DNA from: Paraspadella gotoi
Taxonomy: Eukaryota; Animalia; Chaetognatha
NCBI GenBank assembly: GCA_051294375.1
Contig: CM119263.1
Location: 11,215,477-11,279,382 of the forward strand
Direction: 5' to 3'
Length of the DNA: 63,906 nucleotides
Shown one piece after another: positions 39,872 to 57,500 of the stretch. Numbering within the stretch: position 1 is the stretch's first letter; every line of letters begins with the position of its first letter. Below the pieces are notes generated by a model that was given only the letters and a program-made list of their open reading frames with translations, had not been told where the DNA came from and did not search any database. Both the position numbers and the translations under genes were made by a program.

Positions 39872-42800
39872 ATGACATCTCGTACGTCATCCTGAAAAAT
39901 TTCGCAGTCCATCATGTATTTTATTTCTTTATTCCGATGTAATATTTTAATGCGCATTACCTTGCGCACCCTACCTCATTAGTCCTTAACCTAAAACCAC
40001 CTTTTGAATAGCGTCTTTAATCCAAACCCACCTTCTCGACAGTCTCTACTCCTCCCCCTGGCGCCTACGACCCCAAGTTTATGGAACGAACCCCGACGGC
40101 GATGGTCTTGGGGAGAATCGAGATGAAGGAGAAGGAGAACGCCCCGCCGGTCGGGGCCTACGACATCGGCAGGGACGACCTTCAGAGGTAGGGATTTGGG
40201 AAGGATAGCCGTTTGGGGGGGGTGGAACTAAGACATCGTCAGGGAGGACCCTGACTAGTGATTACTACACTGGCAGGGAGGAAATGTGAATGTTTGTTTA
40301 TAATTTGGTCTTACTCACGCTTTCAGTAAGGTGGAACTGGCTGAAAACGACAGGTCCCTGAGGTAAAGTGATTGTTAGAGAATATAAAAATGAAAATAGT
40401 TTTAAGATTTATCCAGTATATAGGCAACGGAGATATTTAACAATTCATTTATTACTATATAAGGTTAAAAATTTTATCGGTTTCTGATAGAGCTCAAAAA
40501 GTTAGATAATGGTTATTATTACAACTTTTTAAATTTTTTTTTGTTTTAGACCTATCTTGTCTTTACGTTTGAGATTAAAATTAAATAAATTTTTAAAATT
40601 TTATTTGCAAATAACAAATTAATTAAATTAATTAATTAAAATTATTAAACTTATTAAAAAAAATATAAAAAACAGTCAAGTTTCTTCGATTTTCTGTAAG
40701 AAACAAATCGAAACGTAACTTTCAGAATGAAAAACATCGAATTTTCTGTCTGCTGCTACCGCAAAAAACGAAAAAGAGGTTTGAAAACAACTTACCATAA
40801 TACATTGTAGTTAGAATCTTCTGACTTATTAAGTTTCTGTCGCGGACAAAGCCCACCACACAACTTTTAATATTCTCTGGTTAATTTTAATGAAACACGA
40901 TTTTGAAATGTCCAAAACCCGTTTTCTTCTTTCATTGTTCCATTTTCGACGCTCAATTTTTAACATTTAACGTTTTTATGCGTTGATATTGTTTGAAGTT
41001 TAAATTAAAATGAAACTCGGCAAGTATATATCAATTTATTCTTTGTGAAGAGCCATCCAAATGATGTTCTTTGATTTTTCCACATGTTTTAAACCCGGTG
41101 CGTATTAGTTCATTTGAAAACAAATGTAAAGCGCAATTAGTACTACCGTAAATCGAATTTTATTCTACATCCGTCTCTCTGATCTTTCCCGTCTTCTTAC
41201 TTTCCCAGATTCCGTCGCAGCACACGCCACGATCTCCGCAGCTCGGTCTCACCCACCTCCCCCACCTCCCCACCTCCCTTTTCCGCCAAACACAAGCGTC
41301 TTTCCTCGTCCACCTCTTCACTCGATCGACTCGGCGCCCCCCCGCGCTCTCCCATTACGCCCTCTTCCGGCCACCGGAAACCCTTATTCTTTTTCGACAC
41401 GGTCTCCAACGCCTCCAACGCCTCGGCGACGTCCAGCATGTCCGCGTCTCCGCTTCGTTACCGAAAGTCTGCGTCAACGACGACGTCGCCGCGAGGAAAC
41501 GGCGCGGGATTTCCGCGTTCTGCGACTTTTCAGCGAGCGGCGTCGTTTCGAGGTCCGTCGTCTTCTCTGGCGGCGTCGCTGACGATGGCTTCGGCGCGGG
41601 CGGAGAAGGAGTTGCGTGCGGAGGTGGAGAGACTGAGGAGCGTCGTAGACGTCTCCAATCAGATCGTCGAGGAGAAGCAGGTGCCGTTGTCGTTTTCCTT
41701 TTCTTCGTTTTTAAAACTATTGAGATAAAAAATTTAAAATTGATTATAAGCGATTGAAGATAACTGTTGTAAAGGGCATGACTCACTTTTCATACCGTCA
41801 TATTTCACAAAAGAACAGAGTTGAGAACTTGAAGTGGCTGATTGATTGATTGACAGTCGTCGGTTCCCTCATGATCCCTTAGTCAGTTATTGTGATTCAT
41901 AATGATTCATTTCTCTCTTTTTTTTTAAACCTGATTCATTTGTTTTTAACTTGATTTCAAATTTAAATCTTCGGTCTAATCCGAAAGGTGACGGGTCGTA
42001 AGTTGAGATCATAATTTCAAAGTTTGAAAATTATTTTAAAGATTTAATTCTTTTTAGACATTATCAGCGAGAGTTTAAACGAAGTTGAGGGAAAGAGCTC
42101 GTTATCCTGCGCAACACCACTAAATTTAAAACTTGAAAAGAGTATTACAAGAATTGTAATTAGGTCCTACCTAGCATATGTTGTAATCACTATTGGCAAT
42201 AATATAAGCATACAACTTAAATCAAAAGCAAATGCATCTTAATTTATTTAGGCTGAAATCGAAGAAGCGTTGGAAGCGTCGGCGGAGAAGTCGGCGGAGA
42301 TCGAGAGGCTTGGGGGTGACCTTCAGGAGGCGACGCAGGAAAAGATCGAAATGGAGATGAACTTGGAGTTGTTGACGAGGGAAAACATCAACTTAAACGC
42401 GAAAGTTCACTCCCTCAAAGTATGTGGAATTGATCTTGTACGTATTTCATTCTATCAATGGCTTATTATGAATGCTTAATATAATAAATAATATAATAAA
42501 TAGTTATTTTCCAGCGATGTCATGTCATGAAGAAGTCTAGTATGCACAGAGGCTGCAGTTCCATCACTTCTGCTAACCAACTTGACCTTCATCTTCCTAG
42601 GACGAACAAGTCGCCGCCTTAGACGAAGCTCGCCGCCAACAGCTTGCCGATGCCGAGATCCTCCTCGCCCGAGTCAAGCAGGAGGCGCTTCGCGAGAAGC
42701 TGCAGGAGCTAGAAGCGCTGGAGCGGGAGAAGGAGGAGGAACTGAGAGCTGCGGAGGAGCGGTGGGAGCGGCGCGGGCTGCAGCGGGCGGAGGAAGTGAG

Positions 42801-45215
42801 ACGGAGGCTGCAAGAACAGCTGGAAGAAGCAAGAGAGGAGACTGCAAGGATCGAGGAGGAGACGAGGGGCGAAGCGAGAGCGGCGGCTGCGGCGGAGAAG
42901 CGGAGGCGGGACGAAGAGGAGGAGGAGGAGAGAAGGTGTTGGGAGGAGGCCATTGAGGAGGCGAAGAAAGCGGCGGAGGAGAGGGAGAGAAAGAAGGAGG
43001 AAGAGTGGGAGGAGAGGTTGGTATGCGTCGAGGCGCAGGCGGAGGACAAGTGGAGGACAAAGATGGAGGCATTGAGGGAAAAAGTGGCCAAGGAGAAGGA
43101 GGCGGCCGTCCGGGAGGCGGCGGCGGAGGCGGCTGCAGAGGCGGCGGCTGCGGAGAGGGAATCCGCTAATACGGCTGCTGCAACGGCGGAGGAAAAAGAA
43201 AAAGAATTGGAGGAAGCGGGGCGAAGATTCGAAGAAGAAAAAGCGACGTTAGTGGAGAAACTTAGAGAAGAGCACGCTTTAAAAATGGAGGAAATGAAGG
43301 CTGAGATGCTCTTGGCGCAGGAAGCTAGGGTAAGGAAAGGGAGAATAATGCGGAAAATATATAAAAAAAGAAAAAGAACGGAAGATCTAAAGAACGAAAC
43401 AAATTTTTAAAAAATCTGAAGAAAAAAAAATTAAAAAAAGGAAAATCTCTGAAAGCATATAGTCATTAATCTTATGAATTTTGGACAGATGACCGAATTG
43501 GAGGAAATCTACAAACGAAGAGTGAAAGAAGAGGAGGAGAAAATGAAGAAGGCGATGAACGATCACTCGGAGGCTCTGCTTGAGAGCCAAGCACAAGAAT
43601 TCCAGGAACGAATCCTCGGGTAGGAATATGATCGATTGATCGATTTGATTGATTGACTTATTGATTGACTCAATCTATAAATGAATTCGTGCTTGACTTT
43701 AGTATGATTTTTTTTCTTTCTTGGTCCCCCGAAAGCTTGGAGGCGTTGGTCGCGGCTTGTCGAGAGCGCGAATCTCGACTCCTGTCCTCAGTCGAAGTCA
43801 TGGAGGCGGACAAAAAAGTCCTCAGAACAGAAGTGCAGCAACTCAGGACCAAATTCGAAAGAAAGACCAAGGAGGTGGACACCATCTTGCAACACCAGCA
43901 ACTTCAGCAGCATCTCCAAAACTCCAAGAACTCCAAGCAAAGTTCAAAGCACAACGGTCGTCCGCAAGTCAACGGTGCCTCCAAAGCGGAGGACGCAGAC
44001 AAGGTGAAGCGGCACAGTAGGTCCTCCACTTGGAACAGCTTCTGCCAATTAACGCTTCAGTATCATAGATAATATCCAAATTGTCACAATCTGCTCAAAT
44101 GTGTTATGTTTTTTACCAAGCTTGTTAAATAAAGTTTATTGAACAAAAACGTGATACTATTTTGACATTCGTCGAAAAAATAGTTGAGAGAAAAAAAAAA
44201 ACTTTCCATCTCCGTTTGCAGAGTCTGTACGAGCTTTTGCAACAAGAGTCCGACTTGATGGATTTGAAGATGGAGAAGGAAGAATGGCGTGCGGAGAAAT
44301 TCGCTTTGCAAACTGAGATAGAGAGGGAAAAAGGCGCCGTTTCCAGGTGACAACAGATGAGCAATCGATCGAATTGTGATTTTTTTTTTTTCGAAAATAT
44401 ATCGTCATGGAATTTTGACTCGAGTGATTATGGATGGCGGATTATGCGCTAACACCCCCACTTTCCCGAATGATTATCCTCTTCAACAGATTCAGGAAAG
44501 AGCAAAAAAATCTGAAAGATGCGAACGAAAAATTAACGAAAAGAGAAGAAGAACTCAAAACCGAATTAGGTCAGTCAGTCAGTCATCTGACGTCAAAAGA
44601 CAAAATCCACGAGATGTATATTATTTTCAAATCTCTCCTTTCAAACCCCCAAATTATTTTGTTTTTTTCGGTCAGATTCCTGGATGTCCGAGTTCAAACG
44701 ACTCGAATCCAACATCGCGCCCTTCAGGACTCAACTGGATCAGTACGTTGGCGAGCGGGAGTCACTGCTTCAGCAAAAAGCCATGACGCAAAAGGTGAAA
44801 TTATAGTTTCGTTTTTTCCTAAGTTTTCGACATTCGATTTCTTTTCACTCAGTCTTTTCTCCTTCTCGACCCCTTTTTCACTCTCAAGGACCTGGAAAAG
44901 CTCACCGAGGAACACGCTCGACACATGGGTCACCAAAATCACAAACAAAAGATTCACTACTTGGTGAAAATCAAGGAGGAGAACGTGAATCTGAGGCAAC
45001 AGAATCATAAACTCGAGTTGGAAATTAAAAAAATTGAGGCATCCAATTTCCGGCGGGGGCGGAAGTTTGCCCGGCTCGCCTGCCAGAGTCCCCAATGGCG
45101 CCGTTGCGAGTTTCGATCCCAAAAAACCTTTTCAAATCAAAAAGTGATTAAAAAAAATCCCCTTTTTGAAAAAAAAAAAATTGGAAAAAAAGTTTTTTTG
45201 GTCAGATCGAAATAA
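39872..45215 (+). CDS. HMMR: HMMR/RHAMM-like coiled-coil protein; approximate exons 39872-39881, 40043-40187, 41209-41680, 42252-42419, 42601-43329, 43489-43619, 43737-44003, 44222-44346, 44490-44569, 44676-44793, 44890-45215
   Basis: N-terminal PPPGAYDPK (HMMR N-terminal motif), a long E/K/R-rich coiled coil, and C-terminal MGHQNHKQKIHYLVKIKEENVNLRQ (HMMR_C basic zipper, also shared with KIF15; no kinesin motor seen). The start, the later exon boundaries and the stop are less certain. Confidence 0.82.
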
Positions 45216-46194
45216 GAATGCGGAGAGAAAATTGCCGAAATTTTTTATATTTTGCACCGAAATAGATTCTTGGCGCTTGTGTCAATTTTTATTCTTTTTT
45301 TTTCTGAATTTTTTAAAAGTTAAGCAGGAAAAAAAAAGAAGCGAAGTATTGATAAATCTTATATTTTCGAGTCTAAAACATGACATTAACGTAAACAAAC
45401 ATTTGTAGAGTATTGCATTGTGGTTAAATGACAGAAAGCAAGTTGGGCATTATGAATTTATTACGTTAAAATCATACAGCTGTAGAAAGTTCTTCGTTTT
45501 TCGCAAGGCCAGCGTATGCGATTAGGTCTAGATATAATTTGTGAATAAAAGGAAACGCCCGCAATTTCAATCCCAATGGGAATATAAGAAAGAAGATCTG
45601 TCATCAGTCTCACCTCTTCGACGCTCACTGTCATTAACCCACAAATTCATTCGCCAACGCACAACAACAACAACAAACGAAAAAAAAAAATTGAATCTTG
45701 GTTTTGGGGAGTTTGGAAGCGGATTCGAGTGCACTGAGATTAAGGAACATGTATCGATAGAACCAAAGAGCTGTCGTCTAGAATTTCGCGAGTAAGAAAG
45801 GAAAACCGTTCACGGTTCTAAAACTAATATAGCACGATTGTTTGATAATAATTACTTTATGAAGCTTGACATTGAGCCTTCGTGATTGGAAAACGACCGT
45901 GAGCTTTTGTTTTCTTGTGATCCGTGAAAAAAAAAGCGGTACAAAACAAAGTGTATCGGTGACATTGGTAAAGTAATGCGTTGTCAGATTTTTTTAATTG
46001 ATACAAATTTGAGAGAAAAAAAATTAATTATTTCAATTTCGATGGTAAACCGAATTTACATTAAACAGTAAACGATTTTAAATAAGCATTCTTCAGTACC
46101 TTCACAATCTCTCAAATTCTTTAATCACACTTAGATGTCAACATCTGCTCCTCCTTCCTCCCCTCATTTCCCTTTTCCTCCTATTTCACTCCTC

Positions 46195-48288
46195 TCAATG
46201 AAACGAGGCCTTGCTCTGCCTCTTCCTCTCCTTTTCCTCCTCGTAGTTTATCTCGTCTTCTTCCTCCAAATGCAGGCCGGCCTGCAGCGGCCCGTCCTCT
46301 CCTTCCGCGCCCTGCTGCAGCGAGGTCTCGGTCTGATGCTGCTGTTGAATCTTGGAGACCTTGAATTGCTCCTCGTCGAAGAGTTCGTCGGTTGACTTTG
46401 ACTTTGGAACGACGAGGATGCGTGACTCGTCGCCGAAGGCCCAGGGCTGCATCTCGCCGCTGCCGGCAACGCCGAAGATGAGGGCCCCGGAGAGGACGAC
46501 CAGAGCGGAGACGAGGAATGTCAATTGCCATCCGGAGAGATAAAGGCGCCAATAGAGCGCCGCGGCTTCGGCGTCGACGGTGCCAATGACGGCGTCGGCG
46601 GCGTCGACGTGGGTCAAGGCGCCCGCGACGAGGGGAGCGATGACCCCTGCGCAGTTGCCGACGGTGGAAGTGAGACCGACGAGGACGCCGGCGAATCGCG
46701 GCGCCAGATCCTGGGCGAATATCATTTGTTTACATGAGGATTGGTTGAGTTTAGAATTTTTTAATTGATTCATTTATTCATTTGATATTTGGCGGTGAGC
46801 ATTATCCATTTTCACGTTATTGATTGATTGAATGATTGATTTATTATCAACTCAATTGATTTGATCGCACACCTGATGGTTAATCTGCCACCCGGCGACG
46901 GTGAATCCTCCGAACCCGATGCCAATCGACAGCAGCACGACGACTGCGTTTCGGTTCTGCAGGAAGAACAGGGAAAGCAGCGCCGCGCCCTCCACCCCAA
47001 ACCCGGCACAGGTGAAGAGCTTCCGGACGAATGTGTTGGTGAAGACGGCGTCGCTGCGGACGTAGTCGCTCAGCGGACCCGACGCCGTCGCCGCCAGAAG
47101 GAAGAAGAGCCATGGGATGGCGGAGACAAGACCGTTTTGAGTCGCGTCCATGTCGAACGCCGCCAGGTATGCCGGCTCGTTGGTCAGCATCAGGAAGAAA
47201 ACCCAGGCGCGTGCAAAGTGCGCCACGCACAGCGCCCACACCTGTGACAAGACGAAAACACAACTTTTCTCCCATTTATGAATTTTTGTAATACTTTTTT
47301 AATCAATTGTCTATTTTTATTATCTAAACCCTTTTTTTGTTAATTTTATTCTTCACTTTTTTTCTTTTATTTCCCAATTTTATTATAAAATTCGTAAAAC
47401 ATTGGCTTTTAAAGATAAGGTAAAAAAAGGAGAAAATATTATTTTGATAGTCGTATATTTTTCCCTCGTACTTTGACTTACAAATATCGTAAGATACTTT
47501 TTATTCTATACTTGGTAATTCTCATTTATCTCCGTCCAACGAACCGGGGGCGAAGAAAAGATGCTTCTCCACGGAGTCTTGACGCCGTCGTTGTCCTCCC
47601 CCGCTTCTGCGATGGCCATCTCGATGTGCGCCAGTTCTCGATCGTCGATCGTTGGGTGGTGCGATGGCTTCCTGTACCCGACGAACGTCCAGATGAAGCT
47701 CCAAACCACGCCCAACGCTCCGTTGATGTAGAAGACGAGCTTCCAGGAGGCGTGCTGCACGAGGACGCCACCCAACGGGTACCCGATGATGCCTCCAGCG
47801 TAGACGCCGGTAAAGACGAGCGAGCAGAGGCGCCCGCGTTCGGCCGGCGCCACCCAGCGCCGCAGTAGATCGTGGGCGCAGGGGAAAAGCCAGGCTTCGG
47901 CCAAGCCCTGTAGGAATCGGGCGGCACAGACAAGAGACAGGCCCCCGTAGAAGCAGGACGGCAGGCATACGTTGAGAACGCAGGTGGCCAGGACGGCGGC
48001 GGCCAAGAGCCGATTGGCCGGCAATTTGGTCGTCGTCCACGCCGCGGGAAGTTGAAAGACGACGTAGCCGACGTAGAAGGCGGCGTGGACGAGGGAGACG
48101 TCCTTTGTCGTCCACTCGAAAGACGGGAGCTCCTTGACGCTCAACTCGCGGTCTGAAGGATCAGCGCCGTCCAGAATGTCTACCGTGTCCAGGATGGCGA
48201 CGGACATGTTGGTGCGCATCGAATGAAGTATCACCATCACGGTGGAAAGCATGAAAGTGATCACGAACCGTTTGGGAATGTACGGCAT
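46195..48288 (-). CDS. VGLUT: SLC17 family MFS transporter, vesicular glutamate transporter-like; exons 48288-47545, 47241-46873, 46710-46195
   Basis: IPKRFV...SMRTNMSVAI, VHAAFYVGY, RFLQGLAE, WVAPAERGRL, TPWRSIFSSPPVWA, AHFARAWVFFLMLTNEPAY, VRKLFTCAGFGVE, NHQDLAPRFA and ASGE-like GSGEMQPWA. SLC17 membership is certain; the VGLUT subfamily is inferred from the His and TM7 Arg signatures. Confidence 0.85.
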
Positions 48289-48489
48289 TTTTGCGATTTT
48301 TTGATGTTTAAATTTTTTTTATGAATCTTTAGTAAAGATCATGTTTTTTAATGCTAAAATTTATTTATAGAAAACCCAAGTTATTTGCTTATTGGTCCAC
48401 CGACTATTATTTCGCGAAATTTTCATTCCGAGAAACTTAAATTTTTCTAAGGAAGAATTGAATTGACGCTTTGACCATATTGAATGGAA

Positions 48490-48720
48490 TCGCGTCTCGC
48501 GAGTCGACGCGACGCGCGCGTGCTGTCTCACTTCGCTGGTCCAATCGCGTCTCTTTTAGAGAAGCCAGCCAATCGGGACGCTCGCTAAAGTCTACTTGAA
48601 GTCATTTGCTCACGACTTTTATCGGAGCCAATCGCAGGAAAAATGTTGGCCCGGGTTTGGCGTCAAGCATGGGCCACCTTAACGTTTGACCAATGAGAAA
48701 ACGAGTTGACGAATCAGGGA
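48490..48720. promoter_or_regulatory. CpG-rich promoter with four CCAAT boxes (48541, 48569, 48628, 48690) between the divergent SLC17 and EML genes
   Basis: Four co-oriented (G/A)(G/C)CCAAT(C/G)-like sites within 150 bp, upstream of both genes. Confidence 0.5.
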
Positions 48721-50288
48721 TCTATTGACGATGCGTTAACGAGAAACGACGCCATATGGGGTCACATACGCCCGGTGAAGCGAAAAGATGGATTAGGAAG
48801 CACGAGGGCGTGAGGTGAGGGAGAGATTCGGCGTGAAACAAAAATGAAGGAAACGAACTGAGAATGTGAGAGCAATATGGAAAGAATCGCTTATAAAAAT
48901 TTTAAGTATTAAATTGTAAACAGTTCACTGAAATTATTTTCGTATTTATTTTGGATTATTTTTTTTTTATATTTATGATTCACTTCTGAAGCTCAGCAGA
49001 ACCTTTTAATTTTTCATTAATGAGCTTTCAGAGGAAAATTAAAAGTTTAAATTTAAATTAAACTATATCTTATCTCCTTCAAAATACCCAGAGATATACT
49101 CGAGCAATGAATAACGAAGTGATTGATAGAATGTCAGATAATCTTCTATAATGGAATAACGAGAAGCGTTGAAAAACAACAGGTGTTTTCTATCTAATAA
49201 GAAAATCTAAACATTCATTCTCAACTACCATACAATTTCTTGTTCACAACCAACATCTTCTGTTTACCAGAGCGAAATTCCTCTTCTAAAAACATTAAAA
49301 ACAAATACAAACAACAAAGACAGAGATGTAGAGAGAGAGACAGAGAGAAAAAAAAGGTTTTTTGATCGAGTATTATGACAATCATAACCGTTAATAACGG
49401 CGTTATTTTTCCCCACATTTTTGTAGGGAATCGAGAATTTCGATTTTATTATATTGTCAAATCACATCCATTATAGTATTTTTCGCCACGCGCGCATAAC
49501 TGCAGAAACTTAAATCATTCACTTTGGTTTCAGCCATCTACTATTAAACGGAACGTAGAAAATAGTCGCCAATATAATCTCAAATACAGAAAAATTTAAC
49601 CGTTTAGCGTTACCGCCAAGAACCATATCACCAGTACAGTCTGCTCAGGTCAGACCACATAGTAGTCTCCCAGAGATTAGTACCCAAATCTTTACGTACC
49701 GTAAAAAGAAAAATATATCACGTGAAACTGTTAATTGGGCCTCAAAATATTAACGGACTACATAAGATCGATAATCGGCACATAATTCAAAGGGTTTTAT
49801 AGAGATAAATATTGACAAGACGCTTTAGCCTTTCTTCAACAAAAGACAGATATTCAGAACCATACGAATTCAGCTTTAACTATCATGGTTTTAGGGGATA
49901 ACGGATAAATTGTACAATTGTATAATTGTATGAATTCTCATTGGAAAAAACCAAGTTGTTCTTTTTTTTATTTTGGAATCTTTGATAGAATTGACCTCTT
50001 TAGTTTTTTTCACGTATTACTTTGTGAGCACTGCGGGAAACAAAAGAATCGTTCCCATGGCGATGTAAAAATAAAATACCGGCAGACGACAAAGAGTAAA
50101 GAAAAATGTTTTTCTGTTAGATAGAAAAACATTGAACAAAAATAAAAAAAGCAAAACCACCATCATGATAAAAATAACCTATATTTCGTCCCATATACCT
50201 AATGTCATTCACCTAACAGATTTTTTATAAAAACGTACGAACAATTTATGTATAAAAAAAAGTCGACACAACTCATTCCGTTCCCATC

Positions 50289-54527
<4,239 letters not shown>

Positions 54528-57500
54528 TGGGAGGAAAGAAGAGATAGGGGGGAGGAAAGAGAAAGAGGGGATGAATGAGAGAGAAGGTAGGAAGAGAAAT
54601 GGATAGGGAAAAAAAAGAAGAGGTCGAGCGATTTGGGAACGAATTTATATACTATGTTAAGAGGAGAAGGAAATAGGGAGTGAGGAAATTAAGAATGACG
54701 GGAGCACAGAAGAAATATGATGTGACGGGGCATTTATTTGACGATTCTTTGTTTATTTGTTTATTTGCGAGATCGAAGATTTACCTACATAATCCTCATG
54801 TAACTCTTACTCGTTTCATTGTCTGTCGCTTCTTAGCTATCTTTTTGTTCCTGATTGTTTTCATTACTATTAATATATCGAATAAAATTAAAACGAGTTT
54901 TCGTATATCTTGATTTTAATCTGCAAGTTTTGGAGATAAAAGGTACACGATCAAAATTGTATTTAATTGAAATGTTATGCGCTGAAAACGATATCACTGT
55001 CAGTGAGGGGTCAGGGAGGTCATCGTCGAAGAGAGTGATAACATGACATAACATGACGTAACGTAACATGACATAAAGGGTTCGAAAAGGAGGGGGTTTT
55101 TTTGGGCGTTCGATGATAAAAACCTTTATGTTAATAATTACGTTTTTATCTTTATCGTGGTAATACCTCTCATTAATCCATGTAAAATAATCCATGGTTA
55201 TGAGATATAAAAATATTAAAGGAAATGTATTAAATAATTAGATTATTCCTAATTAAAACACGAGAAACAACGAACTACTACTGTCTGAAATACTCTTGTT
55301 TTTTTTTCACCACGAGGTAAATGAGATGATATGAATGATAGAAGGAAGAACCGCGGATACATATTTTTTAATGTAAAAGATACTTGTAACTGAATGTATT
55401 GCTATAGAGTAGCTGTAGCTGTAGCTGAAAATACAGAAAGAAAAAAAAGAAGAAAAAAACACCCGATCGGATAAACATCTCGATAAAACGTCAGATCAAA
55501 AGAGTCGAATGTCAATGTAGAATGAAAGTTTTTTAGTTTTTTAGTGAATTTTTTTTTTGTTTTGTTAAGAGGCGTCAGTTTTAGACAATAATGCCTCTTG
55601 GAAAAAAAAAGCCTCGCGGTAAATTAGGCTACGAAAACAAAAAAACTTTTGACTATGAAAAGAATTTAAGAAAATCTCCTCCCTCCCCCCCCCCAAAAAA
55701 AAAAAAAACTCCGCGCGACAAGTCGGCCCCCCCCCCGTTTTGTCCCGTCGTTTTTTGCGCCTTTTTGTTTTTGTTGACGTCTAGTACTTAAACTCGTGCC
55801 AAGATTCGTGCAGCAACTGTAGCATGTCCTTCTGCCAAGACGGCTCCCTGAAAGAGTGAAAAAAAAAAACAAGAGAGAAAAGTCTATTTTAGCGGTTTTC
55901 GGTTTTGTTTGCGTTAGCCTAGCGTAAAAGTCTAGTAATGAACTTCCCCCTTTTTTTTATTCTCAGTGCTTGGGCGCGTCGTGTTTGCTCTCACCCCCCC
56001 CCCAACTCAAAAAAGAAAAAAAAATGCTGGTATTTTCTTTTTAAAAGAGAAGAAAAAAGAAAAATAGTATTTATTGTTGTTTTGAGTTTCAATGAAAGCA
56101 GATACTTTTTTGCTTTTAATAATTGTTGGTCAGTGGACAGGACTACCTATGAGAGAAAAGGGATTTAGGTGAGTTTAAGAATCTTTCAAGGATTTTCGTA
56201 GAGACGGGAAATGAGTGACGGGAAAATCTAGGAAGATGCAGTTGGGTATCAGGCGGAGAGCGAGAGAGAGAGCGAAATGAAAAAAAGGAGATGGCCGCGG
56301 ATGAAAGGGTCATGCTGGACAAGTCTTCTTGAAAGAGAATTATTAAGGTTTGAAGGATCAGCCCTGGTATTTCGCTTGCAAAATTGATTTTCTCTCTAAA
56401 GGAAATTGGTGTATTTGTAGTTGAAAACACAAAATACAGCTATTTACTTTTTTTTAATTTAAAGAAACAATGACGACGAAAACATTGTGTGGATTTTTAC
56501 AACGATAAAATCGGTATTTGTCGTATTTGTACGAGTTTGAAACACTAAATTAATTGTAAAGAATATTTTTCTCTTATTAATACGAATAGGACCATTAAGA
56601 GGTTAGTTAAATATGCTTTTAACATCTCACCTTGATTAAGTACGTTTAAACTCCAAAAACCGATAAGTTTTAAATTGATTATTAATGTTTCTTACCCTTT
56701 TTATATCGAGATTTTTCTAAAAACTTTGTTCCGGACAAAATTTATATAAAAAAAAAACATTACCTAATAAAAAATTGAAGGGTCAATATAGAAATAGAAA
56801 GATACGAATTATGCTTTTTAGTATCTTTAAATATTCGCTACAACCAACGACCAACGACTACAAGGAAATAATGCGGGATTTATGACCAAGACGAAAATAG
56901 CATGACTGGCAACAACGACAGCAGCGGCTACCAAATAGGAATATGTGTCAAATGCTATTTGCCAAAGTGCTTCATAGCATGCCACTGGGGCAAAGGACGA
57001 TTCGTTAATGTGTCACCAAAGCTTAAGTCATAAAAAAAAATATAGTTCTTACTTGTGGATTCTAGTTTTGCTACATCGTTGCAGGCAAAATATGAAATAA
57101 AGTCGCAACGTTCGATAAATGCAGCGAAAAAATCGAAAGATTATTTGTTAAAACTGATGCAAGAATAAAACTATAACAATATATAACAAGTTGTAAGTCT
57201 GGCTAGTGACTTTTTGGAAAGAAAAAAAAATTTACGGTTACGATTTTCGTACATGTAGAAAATGGGTTTCAAGGTTTGTAGAATAATTCTGAAATTATGA
57301 GGTTTTTTTTAGGTTTTTTTCTATTAAAATTAGAACTTGAAAAAATGTCTTGTTTGCAGACTTTCATCAGTGTGAAAAATATTTATTCAAAGTTTATTAG
57401 GTCATCTAAGCCAGAAATTAAATGTACAAATTGTACATATATCACTCTTATAAATAAAACTTCTCACCTCGGAGCCCATTTCATCTACAGTTCAATTATA

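Noticed and set aside
44890-45030. KIF15 kinesin
   Set aside because: It shares the GHQN-KQKI motif, but no motor domain is encoded upstream and the PGAYD N-terminus points to HMMR.
45040-45215. Long basic C-terminal extension of HMMR
   Set aside because: The region is homopolymer-rich and drifts to UTR-like composition; indel errors could have removed the true stop.
46195-48288. Sialin exporting uronic acids released by the hyaluronidase
   Set aside because: Signature residues favour VGLUT, so a lysosomal GAG-catabolism cluster is not supported.
56860-57150. Cys-rich stretch resembling a transposon zinc-finger remnant (also the neutral-GC patch at 19330-19620)
   Set aside because: Too short and interrupted to assign.
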